Positions 36,032 to 46,000 of a stretch of 64,000 nt of DNA are shown piece by piece (within the stretch, counting starts at the first letter, position 1; each line of letters begins with the position of its first letter). The notes beneath the pieces were generated by a model that saw only the letters and a list, made by a program, of their open reading frames with translations, was not told the origin of the DNA and did not search any database. The position numbers and the translations under genes were made by a program. The DNA is from an uncultured Staphylococcaceae bacterium (GTDB lineage Bacteria > Bacillota_I > Bacilli_A > ML615J-28 > CAG-313): contig CAZDPJ010000001.1 in assembly GCA_964507405.1 (NCBI GenBank), forward strand, positions 110,899 through 174,898, read 5' to 3'.

Positions 36032-36612
36032 GATAGTTCACTTCTTAAATAATTAGGAACATAATCATATATATCTTCTTCTTTAAACATATGATATTTT
36101 ATGATATTTTGAGCCATATCTTCACTAAATTTAAATGTATTTTCATCAACAACAATACTTGAATAATCTGCATAATTATCTAAATATTCATCTGATAAGA
36201 ATGTATCAGATACATCAACATTTATTTTATCATTTATTGTATATGCTTTTAAATAACTGTAATTCTTTTTTGCTTTAATTAATGCCTTATATTTACCAGG
36301 TTTATCAAAATAAATAGATGCGATTAAATCAAGAGAAGAAAAACTATATAAAGGTAACTTTTTAATAAAAGCAAAGACCTTTCCAACTGTCCCCGCAATT
36401 CTAAGTCCTGTATATGAGCCTGGACCTCTGCCTACATAGATTTCACTAACATCTTCTACTTTTAAATCATGACGTTTTAAGAAATCATCTAAATAATTAG
36501 TTAAAGTTTCAGAATGGTCATTTTTACCAAGTCTTGTAAAAGCGTATGCTTTATCACCATTAATTACTGCCAAATATAAATAATTAGTAGCACTATCAAT
36601 GAATAATTTCAT
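36028..36612 (-). CDS. tsaB: t6A biosynthesis protein TsaB
   Basis: IDSAT, HSETL, GRGPGSYTGLRI, VPNYLR. Confidence 0.93.
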   Translation of the reverse strand: MKLFIDSATNYLYLAVINGDKAYAFTRLGKNDHSETLTNYLDDFLKRHDLKVEDVSEIYVGRGPGSYTGLRIAGTVGKVFAFIKKLPLYSFSSLDLIASIYFDKPGKYKALIKAKKNYSYLKAYTINDKINVDVSDTFLSDEYLDNYADYSSIVVDENTFKFSEDMAQNIIKYHMFKEEDIYDYVPNYLRSELS

Positions 36613-37072
36613 AATTATTATCTCCTAATTCTTTTATTAATTTTTCATCTGCGTTAATTGTTACTTTTCTTGTGTCATCACCTAAATCAATAATTTCTAC
36701 TTCCCAGGCACTTTCTGGTAATAAATCATCTATAATATGAGCCCACTCGATAACCGCAATGCCATCCATGTAAAAGTATTCTTCAAGTTCAGCATCATCA
36801 TGAGAATTTGTAATTCGATAAACATCTAAATGATATAGTTTTTTTATTGCTTTATCGGTTGTATCATATACCTTCATAATTGTAAATGTTGGACTATTGA
36901 TTACTTTTTTAACTCCTAAGGCTTTACCAATACCTTTAGTAAGTGTTGTTTTACCAGCACCAAGGTCTCCTACTAAAGCAATAACTAAATTAGGATATGC
37001 ATTAGTAGCAATTAACTCACCTAATCTAATCATTTCATCTTCATTATTTATTTTAATTGTTACTTTTGCCAT
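36596..37072 (-). CDS. tsaE: t6A biosynthesis ATPase TsaE
   Basis: GDLGAGKT, SPTF, HLDVYR, IEW. Confidence 0.95.
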   Translation of the reverse strand: MAKVTIKINNEDEMIRLGELIATNAYPNLVIALVGDLGAGKTTLTKGIGKALGVKKVINSPTFTIMKVYDTTDKAIKKLYHLDVYRITNSHDDAELEEYFYMDGIAVIEWAHIIDDLLPESAWEVEIIDLGDDTRKVTINADEKLIKELGDNNYEIIH

Positions 37073-37084
37073 AATGACCTCCTT

Positions 37085-37741
37085 TTACTTTAAATAATCT
37101 AAATATTCAAGTATACCTAAATAAATAGTAAACGCTAAATCTTGTTTATAATAGCTATTTGTTAATTTAGTTAAATCTTCATTATTGCTTAAAAACCCAA
37201 CTTCAATTAAACATCCAGGTATATTAATATGATCTATCAAATATTTATCTTTTATTTTTAATGCTTCTCTTTTATTATTTTCATCTAACATCTTTAATTT
37301 TTTCATAATAATATTAGATAATAATTTATTTTCATCATTATCTTTATAAAATACCTGAGCCCCTTTAACAATACTTGATGGATAACTATTAGCATGAATA
37401 GATATATATAAATTAGCATTTGAATCATTTATTAATTTAACTCTTTTTTTAATATCTTCTGATTTATTTGAATGTACAGCTTCATCGTTATTTCTTGTAA
37501 GTTTAACAATAAATCCATTTTGAACTAAATAATTAGCGAGTAAAACAGTAATATCTAATGTTACATCTTTTTCAAGAACTAATTTATCTCTACTCGTACA
37601 TCCACCATCATATCCACCATGACCAGCATCTAAATATATATATGTTCCTGTTTTTTTATGAAAGGCTTTTACGGTAAATGTACTAACAAAAATACATATA
37701 CATAATAATACTATACTAATAATAAATAATCTTTTTTTAAT
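37085..37741 (-). CDS. cwlD: N-acetylmuramoyl-L-alanine amidase (Amidase_3, CwlD-like), 218 aa, probable ATT start
   Basis: The frame extends 145 codons upstream of the listed 73-aa ORF and reads (M)KKRLFIISIVLLCICIFVS signal/TM, YLDAGHGGYDGG, EKDVTL, SIHANS, GAQVFY, then LIEVGFLSN. AGGTGA lies 4 nt before ATT. Confidence 0.8.
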   Translation of the reverse strand: MKKRLFIISIVLLCICIFVSTFTVKAFHKKTGTYIYLDAGHGGYDGGCTSRDKLVLEKDVTLDITVLLANYLVQNGFIVKLTRNNDEAVHSNKSEDIKKRVKLINDSNANLYISIHANSYPSSIVKGAQVFYKDNDENKLLSNIIMKKLKMLDENNKREALKIKDKYLIDHINIPGCLIEVGFLSNNEDLTKLTNSYYKQDLAFTIYLGILEYLDYLK

Positions 37742-37756
37742 AATATCACCTAAAAA

Positions 37757-37785
37757 ATTCTATTATTAAAAATTATTATTTATGC
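37757..37785 (-). promoter_or_regulatory. SigmaE-type promoter upstream of the cwlD-like gene
   Basis: Minus strand reads GCATAAA-N14-AATAGAAT. Confidence 0.5.
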
Positions 37786-37786
37786 A

Positions 37787-38311
37787 TTAAAAGAATGCAC
37801 GATATATTTCTTTTAATTCTTCGATTTGTTCTATAGTCATTAAAGGAAGATTACCATCCACAAACTCATGAGAAGAAACGGTACCAACATTAAATCCCGT
37901 AACTTTTCCATCTACAAGTGCAATAACTGTAGGTGCAAATATTTTTTCAGGATTACCAATATCATCACTAAGGAGCTCTAATAATTCTAAATATTTAGGA
38001 TGGTCACTAGAGGCTGTATTATCGCGCATATCTTTAATATCTAAATATAATACTTCTTCATACCCTTTTTCTTTCGCAATTTCATCAACATAAGAAATAG
38101 CTGCTTGACACCAAGGACAAGCCTTAAACCCAAACATCATAATACCAGTATAGTTATTATTTAGTTTATACATAGCTTCATCTAAAAGTGTATATCTAAT
38201 TATCGTATCACTATTAAGTGAAGGATAATCAGTGACAATTTTATTTTTTCTACATCCTGTTAGCGTAAAACATGAAATAAAAGTTACAAGAAAAATTATA
38301 ACTTTATTCAT
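37787..38311 (-). CDS. Thioredoxin-fold lipoprotein
   Basis: Lipobox LTGC, CPWC motif, cis-Pro 'APT'; start at ATG 38311. Confidence 0.8.
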   Translation of the reverse strand: MNKVIIFLVTFISCFTLTGCRKNKIVTDYPSLNSDTIIRYTLLDEAMYKLNNNYTGIMMFGFKACPWCQAAISYVDEIAKEKGYEEVLYLDIKDMRDNTASSDHPKYLELLELLSDDIGNPEKIFAPTVIALVDGKVTGFNVGTVSSHEFVDGNLPLMTIEQIEELKEIYRAFF

Positions 38312-38639
38312 GATGATCACCATTATACTCACTTATCCAATTATCAAGAGATTCTTTAATTGGTTTAAAGCCAATTTCATAACTAGGAACAAGGCATTTC
38401 ACACCTCTTGTTTTATGTAATTGTTTATAACTTAATTTTAATAATTTTTGTTCATCATCAACTTCAATAACACGAAGTCTTACTTCTTCACCAACATTAA
38501 CAAAATCAGTTATTTTTCTTACAAATCCATCAGAGAATTCAGAAATATGAATTAAACCATCATATTCACCAACTTTTGCGAATGCACCATATCCTAAAAT
38601 ATTCGTAATTTTAGCAATAACAATATCACCAGGTTGCAT
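38304..38639 (-). CDS. S1 RNA-binding protein (YugI/CvfD-like)
   Basis: GDIVIAKITNILGYGAF...GLIHISEFS...LKLSYKQ and a 'GFKPIKESLDNWI' tail. Confidence 0.9.
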   Translation of the reverse strand: MQPGDIVIAKITNILGYGAFAKVGEYDGLIHISEFSDGFVRKITDFVNVGEEVRLRVIEVDDEQKLLKLSYKQLHKTRGVKCLVPSYEIGFKPIKESLDNWISEYNGDHHE

Positions 38640-38641
38640 TA

Positions 38642-38887
38642 TTATTCACCTACTTCCACTTGTTCTACACCAATTACTCCAGGTACTTCTTCAAGTAGTA
38701 ATGCTTCGATTCCTCCTTTGATAGTTTCATCACTTGATGCACAACCAATACATGCACCTAAAAGGCGAACAAAAACAATGCCATCTTCAAATTTAATGAA
38801 GTCAACATCACCACCATCAGCTTGTAAATATGGGCGAATTTTTTTTAATGTCTTTTTTATTATTTTAACAATTTCATTATCTGTCAT
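38642..38887 (-). CDS. NifU/Nfu-type Fe-S carrier (YutI-like)
   Basis: IRPYLQADGGDV, LGACIGC. Confidence 0.93.
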   Translation of the reverse strand: MTDNEIVKIIKKTLKKIRPYLQADGGDVDFIKFEDGIVFVRLLGACIGCASSDETIKGGIEALLLEEVPGVIGVEQVEVGE

Positions 38888-38996
38888 AATTAATATCTCC
38901 CTTGCTTATTATACTATTATACTACATATCAACTTTTTTTTGTTAAAAATTGATAAAACTATAAAAGAAAAAGACCAAATTAATGGTCTATAAATA

Positions 38997-39290
38997 TTAT
39001 AGTTTTGAAGATAATGGTCTAGATGGATATTTAAAATAAACATCATTTCTTTTAACAAAGATAAGTCCACCAGAAATAAATAACATTAAACATCCTGCAT
39101 ACCATAATACAATTGTTAATACTAAGAATGTAGTCGCAAGTTTACCATCTTGTAAATCAGTAAATACAAAGAAACCACTTTCCATAGCAACAAAACCTAA
39201 TATCATTAATGCGGCAGCAATAACCATTAAAGCAATGCCACCAACAAATCTAACTTTTCTTATTCTTCTTATTTGTTTTTTTGTTCTCAT
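38997..39290 (-). CDS. Small two-TM membrane protein, unknown function
   Basis: Basic N-terminus and two hydrophobic helices; ATG 39290 after GGTG. Confidence 0.7.
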   Translation of the reverse strand: MRTKKQIRRIRKVRFVGGIALMVIAAALMILGFVAMESGFFVFTDLQDGKLATTFLVLTIVLWYAGCLMLFISGGLIFVKRNDVYFKYPSRPLSSKL

Positions 39291-39360
39291 TTTATTCACC
39301 ACTTCTTTTCAAATATATTTTACCAAATGTTTAAACAAAATGCAAGGAGTTTGAGTTCTT

Positions 39361-40482
39361 TTATTCTTTATCAGAAATTAAACAAACAACTTCACACCCA
39401 ATTCCTACACCATTACCAACTAAGCCCTGTTTTTCCGTTGTTGTTGCTTTGACATTAACCATTTCACAGTTGGTAAGCTTTTTAATATTTAAAGCCATTT
39501 GAGTTTTGTAATTTTTAAGATTAGGCTTTTCAATATAAATAATAGCATCAATATTTTTAATTACTTTATTTTTACTATTTAAAATGGCCACTACTTCTTT
39601 TACAAAGTATGATGAATCCATATCTTTATATTTTTCTGAAGTATCTGGAAATAATGTTCCAATATCACCTAAACCAAGAGCTCCAATAATTGCTTCGGTG
39701 ACTGCGTGATATAATGCGTCCGCATCACTATGTCCGAGAAGTCCTACCTCATATGGTATTGTAACCCCACCTAAGATAAGTTTTCGATTTTCTTGAAATT
39801 TATGAAAATCATAAGAATGACCAATATATGAACTAGATAAATCCATTAATTTTTCAACAAGTTTCAAGTCTTCAAAAGTTGTTACTTTAATATTAAGCGA
39901 TGATTCTATGACATAATTTATGTCATACTTATTCTCAAATATTTGTAGTTCATCAGTACAATCATTATGATTATTAATAATATCACTAATCAACATCGAA
40001 CTAAGATATTGAGGAGTAGAAACTGCTTTTAAATTATCTCTGTTAATTGTTTTTGAACCATTATCATCAACAAATTTAATTGTATCAGTTACCTTATGAT
40101 ATAAAGTACCAACCTCATTTGTCGTATTAACAAGAGTTATTATATCACTTGTTGATACAAGTGGTCTTGCAGCATCATGAATAATAACATCTAATTTATT
40201 ACCAGAAGCAATAAGGGCCTTTTTTACACTTTCACTTCTTGTTGATGCGCCTAAAACTAGATTAACATTTAAATTATTTTGTTTAATAATATCATTAACT
40301 ATATCAAAGTCTTCACTTCTTACGACAAGATAGATATTTTCTATAAAATCTAGTTTCATAAACTTTTTAACAGAATACATAAATAAAGGCATCATATTGA
40401 TATTATATAACGCCTTGTTATAATTAAGGGTTGTTCTTTCTCCCTTACCAGCCATTAAAATGATTGCATTAATTTTCTTCAT
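39361..40482 (-). CDS. ispDF: Bifunctional IspD/IspF (MEP pathway)
   Basis: IspD part: LMAGKGER, TRSESV, HDAARP, NIKVTTFEDL. IspF part: YDFH, GHSDAD, GDIGTLFPD, NVKATTTE. Confidence 0.92.
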   Translation of the reverse strand: MKKINAIILMAGKGERTTLNYNKALYNINMMPLFMYSVKKFMKLDFIENIYLVVRSEDFDIVNDIIKQNNLNVNLVLGASTRSESVKKALIASGNKLDVIIHDAARPLVSTSDIITLVNTTNEVGTLYHKVTDTIKFVDDNGSKTINRDNLKAVSTPQYLSSMLISDIINNHNDCTDELQIFENKYDINYVIESSLNIKVTTFEDLKLVEKLMDLSSSYIGHSYDFHKFQENRKLILGGVTIPYEVGLLGHSDADALYHAVTEAIIGALGLGDIGTLFPDTSEKYKDMDSSYFVKEVVAILNSKNKVIKNIDAIIYIEKPNLKNYKTQMALNIKKLTNCEMVNVKATTTEKQGLVGNGVGIGCEVVCLISDKE

Positions 40483-41692
40483 CTTTACCAACTACCGTAT
40501 TTAAAATATTTTCCGTTTTATTCATGATATCTTTAATATCAGAACTACTTAAACTATCAAGCATTGTTTCTGCTTCATTAGTTGAAAGAGGAACATCTTT
40601 ACGGGCAGATTCATCAATTTTATTAAGCACTCTAATAACCGAAACTAAATCTGCATCTTTATTAATGTTAATTGAATCCTCCATAACATAATAGTAATCA
40701 TCATTAATAAGCATACGATATTTAAGTTTAGTAACATATATACTATTAATGGTTGCGGCTTGTTCAATATAACTATCAACATCATTAGGATGCATCATAT
40801 CTAGAAATTGATTAAACGTATATTCTCTTTGATGGTTTCTGTTAAACTTCATGAACCCTTCTGTCGCAATATATGTTCTTGTATTATAATCAAAATATAA
40901 TCCAACATAATCAGTAAGACTCATCATAATATAAGTAAAATTATATGATGTTTCTAAGTCTATGCTTGCTTGTTTTAAAGCAGAACGTAAATCATTTAAT
41001 ACTTGCATACGGTCTTGATAGAAATAGATATTTCTTCCAATTAACTTCTGACGATAATACACAGGTTGAATGATACCTAAATAATTAGTGTATTCTACCT
41101 CAGTTTCATCAGTTGTTAAATCATCAAGTTTCGGCATTTCAAATGTAAATTGATATGTAACATGTTTACTATTAGCCTCTTTAAATTGAGCAAGAAAATC
41201 ACTAACTACATTTAATTCAACATTCTTATCATTAATTTTAGATACTTTTAAATAATCTAATAATAACTTCCAACAATATATGCCTTTAATATCTTTTCCA
41301 GACATCTTAGTTATCTTTAATAATTTATTGCTATATCCTAAGATACGATCTTTTTTATCAGTTTGAACAAAGAAATCAAACTCATTATTTTTTAAATAAT
41401 TATTTAACTCTTTTTCATATGATGAATATATATGATATGTTTTTATAAAGTCATATATACTATAACCACATATAAGCCATAAAATAGCCGCATATAATAT
41501 TTTAACAACAATATGAGTACTTGGAATAAAGAATAAACTAGCAATTACAAGTACAAGTAATAAAGTTTCTAGTGATGGAATTTTTTTAAATAAAGTAAAT
41601 GAAATAACACCAAGTAAAATTGTAATAACAGTCGCTAAAACACCATAAAAGAATGGATTAGTAAATAAACTTGTTAATATTTCTAAAATCAT
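40469..41692 (-). CDS. Membrane protein with about 3 TM helices and two PAS-like domains, no output domain
   Basis: 'FVQTDKKDRILGYSNKLLKITKMSGKDIKG' (PAS-like) and 'FLDMMHPNDVDSY...YRMLINDDYYYV' (PAS_3-like HPxD); no GGDEF, HisKA or DHH motif seen. Confidence 0.6.
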   Translation of the reverse strand: MILEILTSLFTNPFFYGVLATVITILLGVISFTLFKKIPSLETLLLVLVIASLFFIPSTHIVVKILYAAILWLICGYSIYDFIKTYHIYSSYEKELNNYLKNNEFDFFVQTDKKDRILGYSNKLLKITKMSGKDIKGIYCWKLLLDYLKVSKINDKNVELNVVSDFLAQFKEANSKHVTYQFTFEMPKLDDLTTDETEVEYTNYLGIIQPVYYRQKLIGRNIYFYQDRMQVLNDLRSALKQASIDLETSYNFTYIMMSLTDYVGLYFDYNTRTYIATEGFMKFNRNHQREYTFNQFLDMMHPNDVDSYIEQAATINSIYVTKLKYRMLINDDYYYVMEDSININKDADLVSVIRVLNKIDESARKDVPLSTNEAETMLDSLSSSDIKDIMNKTENILNTVVGKDEEN

Positions 41693-41700
41693 ATAATCAC

Positions 41701-42495
41701 CTATCTAACAATGATATGTTGTTCTAATGACATTCTTAAACTATCTAATGCAACATTACCGGTAATCGTACCACCAATTGTAGTGGCAAGTTGTCCTGTC
41801 TCTTCTGATACAACAATTGTAAAAGCATCACTTACTTCACTAATACCGATTGCTGCACGGTGTCTTGAACCATATTGTTGAGGAATATCATTTTTATCAC
41901 TAGATGGATAGAATGCACTAGCACACATCACTTGATTACCTCTAATAATTACCGCACCATCATGTAGAGCAGTATTAGGATGGAAAATAGTATCTAATAA
42001 TTCAAATGAAACGATTGCATCTAATTTAACACCTTTTTCAATATAAGTATTAAGGGTATGTTCTTTTTCAATTGTAATGATTGCTCCAACTCTGCGAGAA
42101 CTTAAATGATCAACCGTTTTAATTAAAGTATTAATTAATTCTTCTTTAGTTTCTTCATTTGATAAGAATTGTTTAGAAGCTTTTGACTTAGTACCAGGAT
42201 TAACAATATTTTTAATTTCAGGAACATAATATACTATTAACATCATAATAATAGCAATTAATGAGCCAAATAAACATATGATAAGTAGTGGCATTTTTAA
42301 AGTAAAGGCAACAATAAATAATATAATATATGCTGCTAAGCTCGGAAAAAAGACAGTTTTTTTAATATGTTTTCCAAGTAAAATTAATATACCAATAATT
42401 ATTAAAGCAGTAATAAAAATATCAATACCAAAACCAATCCACTCTGGAATACTACGATCATTACTAGTAAAATATTTTATAAAAAACTCACTCAT
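41701..42495 (-). CDS. cdaA: Diadenylate cyclase CdaA/DacA
   Basis: Three N-terminal TMs; LHDGAVII and GSRHRAAIGISE catalytic motifs; VVSEETG; ATG 42495. Confidence 0.95.
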   Translation of the reverse strand: MSEFFIKYFTSNDRSIPEWIGFGIDIFITALIIIGILILLGKHIKKTVFFPSLAAYIILFIVAFTLKMPLLIICLFGSLIAIIMMLIVYYVPEIKNIVNPGTKSKASKQFLSNEETKEELINTLIKTVDHLSSRRVGAIITIEKEHTLNTYIEKGVKLDAIVSFELLDTIFHPNTALHDGAVIIRGNQVMCASAFYPSSDKNDIPQQYGSRHRAAIGISEVSDAFTIVVSEETGQLATTIGGTITGNVALDSLRMSLEQHIIVR

Positions 42496-43039
42496 AATTA
42501 TCCTTCCTTTCATTATTTTGTACTTCTATTAAATAATTAATTATCATTAAATCTCCTTCATCTTTCGCATAATCAAGAGGAGATTCATTTTTTTCATCTA
42601 CCATTAAGCTATCAGCACCTTTATTAATAAGTAATTTAATTATATCAATATTACCACCAATAACAGCTCGATGTAATGGGGTTTGGTCAAATTCACCTAA
42701 AGCATTAATATCAATATTTTCAAGTTTTAATAACTCTAATACCGCATAATAACTATTATGGTCAACAGCAAAATGAAGTGGTGTATTATAGTTATCATCA
42801 CATACATTTGCATTAACTCCTGACTTAGCAAGAAGTGATATTACTCCGCTATTATTTCCTAGTACCGCGTAATGCATTAAGGTACGACCTTTATAAATTC
42901 TACTATTTAAATCAATTTTTAATTTTACAGATTGTTTAATAAATGTTTTAAGTTTTGCTAGATTTTGATTTTCTTTTTTTAATTCTTGAGCTAACTCTTT
43001 TATTATTTTTCTTTTATTTATGCTATTATTATCTTTCAT
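42488..43039 (-). CDS. Ankyrin-repeat protein (4 repeats)
   Basis: GRTLMHYAV, NTPLHFAV, QTPLHRAV, ESPLDYA; ATG 43039. Confidence 0.92.
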   Translation of the reverse strand: MKDNNSINKRKIIKELAQELKKENQNLAKLKTFIKQSVKLKIDLNSRIYKGRTLMHYAVLGNNSGVISLLAKSGVNANVCDDNYNTPLHFAVDHNSYYAVLELLKLENIDINALGEFDQTPLHRAVIGGNIDIIKLLINKGADSLMVDEKNESPLDYAKDEGDLMIINYLIEVQNNERKDNYE

Positions 43040-46000
43040 TGGTCGCAAGCTCCACTAATTCATCAATAGCTTCTTGAAGGTTATTAATTAAGTCAGTAAT
43101 AAAGATAACCTCAACAATCCAGCCATTACGTTGGTATTCACGATAATAGTAGTTGTATTCATCAAGTAATGAATATTCTTCATCCTTTACTTTTCCAACT
43201 AACATTATTGCAACGGTATTTTTTTCATCAATAATTAAATCAAAATAGCCAAATCCTTCTCTAACACGTAATTTCTTTTCTTTTAATTTTTCACATATAA
43301 TTGTCGAAATACCTGTTAATTTTTTAGGATGACTTATAATTTTGCCAATACTTGAATTTATATTTTTAAGTATTGCTTCATTTTGTTCATCTATTTTTGT
43401 TCCAACATAATATATATATACATTATTACTTACAACAACAAAATTTTTAAATATTAGTTCTTTTTGATTTTGTTCAAATGTTAAGAAATCATTATAATAT
43501 ATCATAACATCATTAACATATCGTGCTCCTTCATGAGTTGCATCAATTATTCTTATGTTATAACATAATATCTCAATTACTTCATTTGATGAATAACTTT
43601 TTTCAAGTTCTTTAACAACAGCTTGATATATACTACGTTTACTTGTATCACTACCAACTACAACATTGATAATATGATTATTATTCTTTTCAAAAAATTC
43701 AACTACTTTTATCGCAAAATGTTCAATTGAATTAACCATTTGTTTATTAATTCTAGTATCATAATTATATATATAGCGATTATTATTGGTCCATATATTA
43801 TTAAAACGAGAACTCATTCTAATATATCGATTGTGATATGTAACAATAGAGGCATCATCAACCCTTTGCATTAAAGTATTCGCAATTGAACTTTGTGATG
43901 ATTTATCACCAAAAATAACACATTGCTTACATTCATTAATACGATTATACTTGTTCGCAGAAGATAAATGACCATCATCAATGATTACTAAATCAAATAA
44001 TTCTAAATCAAAATCACTATTGAAAATATTTAAATCTGATAAGAAGATATTAGCATATTTTGACATGACATCAACAATCTTATTATAATCATCAAATTTT
44101 ACATTAGGTAATTTTGTTTTTACTTTTTTGTCATCATCTTCTTGTAAAGAAATTATATTTTTAGTACAAAAGTTAATTTCAAATTGATTATATTTATTAA
44201 TAAGATTCTCGTATTCAGCAAAATCAAATACAAATGGTTTTTCTTTTTTCAATATCTCATATATCTTATTTAATGTAACATATAAATAAGTATTACTAAG
44301 TTCATCTGTTTCTTTCGCATTTACTATATGTTTATGAAGACTTTCTAACTTATATAATTTACATTTTTTTAGTACTTCATTAATAAATAAAATAGATTCA
44401 ATTTGATACGTTGTATCTTTAAACTCACCTAATAATACAACATTATCCTCAAAGTTATTTGCTTGAATAACATTCTTACCACCTTTAAAACAAACAGAAA
44501 AAGCTCTGAATGCTGTAAACCAATCACTCCATAAAGTACGAAGACGAATACCATCTTCAATCATCGCAGAAAGTGTCTTATCTACAAATAATTGTTCTAT
44601 TTTAATTGAACTTTTTACTCTTCGATCAAAGTCATCAAAATGATCTAATACTTGAACAACATCAATAATACTTGTATCAAAACCATTGTAGTTATTACCA
44701 AGTAAATTATGATATCTTGTATCATTTAATTCTAATGTATCCATATTATCAGTAAATTGTTCATCTATTTGAATTAATTCTAAAATGTTTGAAATAGATA
44801 TATTAGGCTCATTCTTAAAGATTTGAATAAATGAAACTTTACAATCAATAAATTTTCTTAAATAATCTTTAACATTACCTAAAGATTGTCTTTTTTCAAA
44901 TCCAAATGAACCATTAATTTTAATATTTAGATTAGCAAGATAATCACATAATTTATCGGTTTCTAAGCATTCATCATAAAAAGATTTTAAAACACTAGCA
45001 ATATGAGTTAAATTTAATCTTGTTTCTTTTTTGCTCTTCGGCATTATTTTATAAAAATAAACAAGTTGTTGTGGTTCTAAGCTAGAAGCAAACTCATAGA
45101 AATTAGTAAAAGATTTAATTAATTCTTCAAGTCGTTTCGATGAACGATAATTATCTTCTAAGATATATGATTTTACCTTATTCATCAATTCATGATAATC
45201 TCTAACTGTTTGAATTAAATCAGTTAGATTAGCATGTCTTTGTCTAATTAAAGATTTATTAAAGAATTTTTTTATTGAACTAGCAAATTCTCTATTAAAC
45301 ATTAAGGCATCGATTTCATCATAATTTAAATTATTGTCACCTAAGATATAACTTAAATATTTTTCATGCATTTCTTCTGCCTTATTATATAGTTCTTTTA
45401 CTTTTTTTCCTGTTACTATAAAGTTAGAATAATCAGAAATTAATAAATCAAACCAATTTCTTAAAATAATATTATTATTTAAGAAATCTAATAACTTAAT
45501 AAAAAATGAATAATCTTCAAAAGTAATATTTTTATTAAAATTAGGTGATTCAAACATCTTACTTAATTCAACTTGGCATTTAACAAGTTTTGATTGATTT
45601 TGTTCTAGTTTTATAACTAAATCATTAAGATCTTCTTTTACTAATAAACGATCTAAACAAGCAATGTTCTCATCATTAATTGTACGATAATATTTTCCAC
45701 ATAATTCTTTAAATAACTTTTTAGCATCACCAATTTCATAACCATGGTCGATGTTTTTTTCATAATAATCGATACTATTATAATGCACATCTGCTAATTG
45801 TTGGATTTCAAATAGAGCTTCTAATGCATTATTTCTTGTTTCTACATCCTTCCATATGGCAAGTGGTTTAATTGAGTTAAAACTTAAAATATGACCAATT
45901 AAGCGATCTAAGTCATTAATATCACTTGGAATAGTTAAATGATATTTATCACAAAATGATGTTAACTGATTATTTAATTCAATATGAACATCATATAAAT

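Noticed and set aside
37085-37306. 73-aa ORF as a pseudogene fragment of an amidase
   Set aside because: The frame is open back to 37741 with all amidase motifs and a signal peptide, so it is better explained as a full gene with an ATT start.
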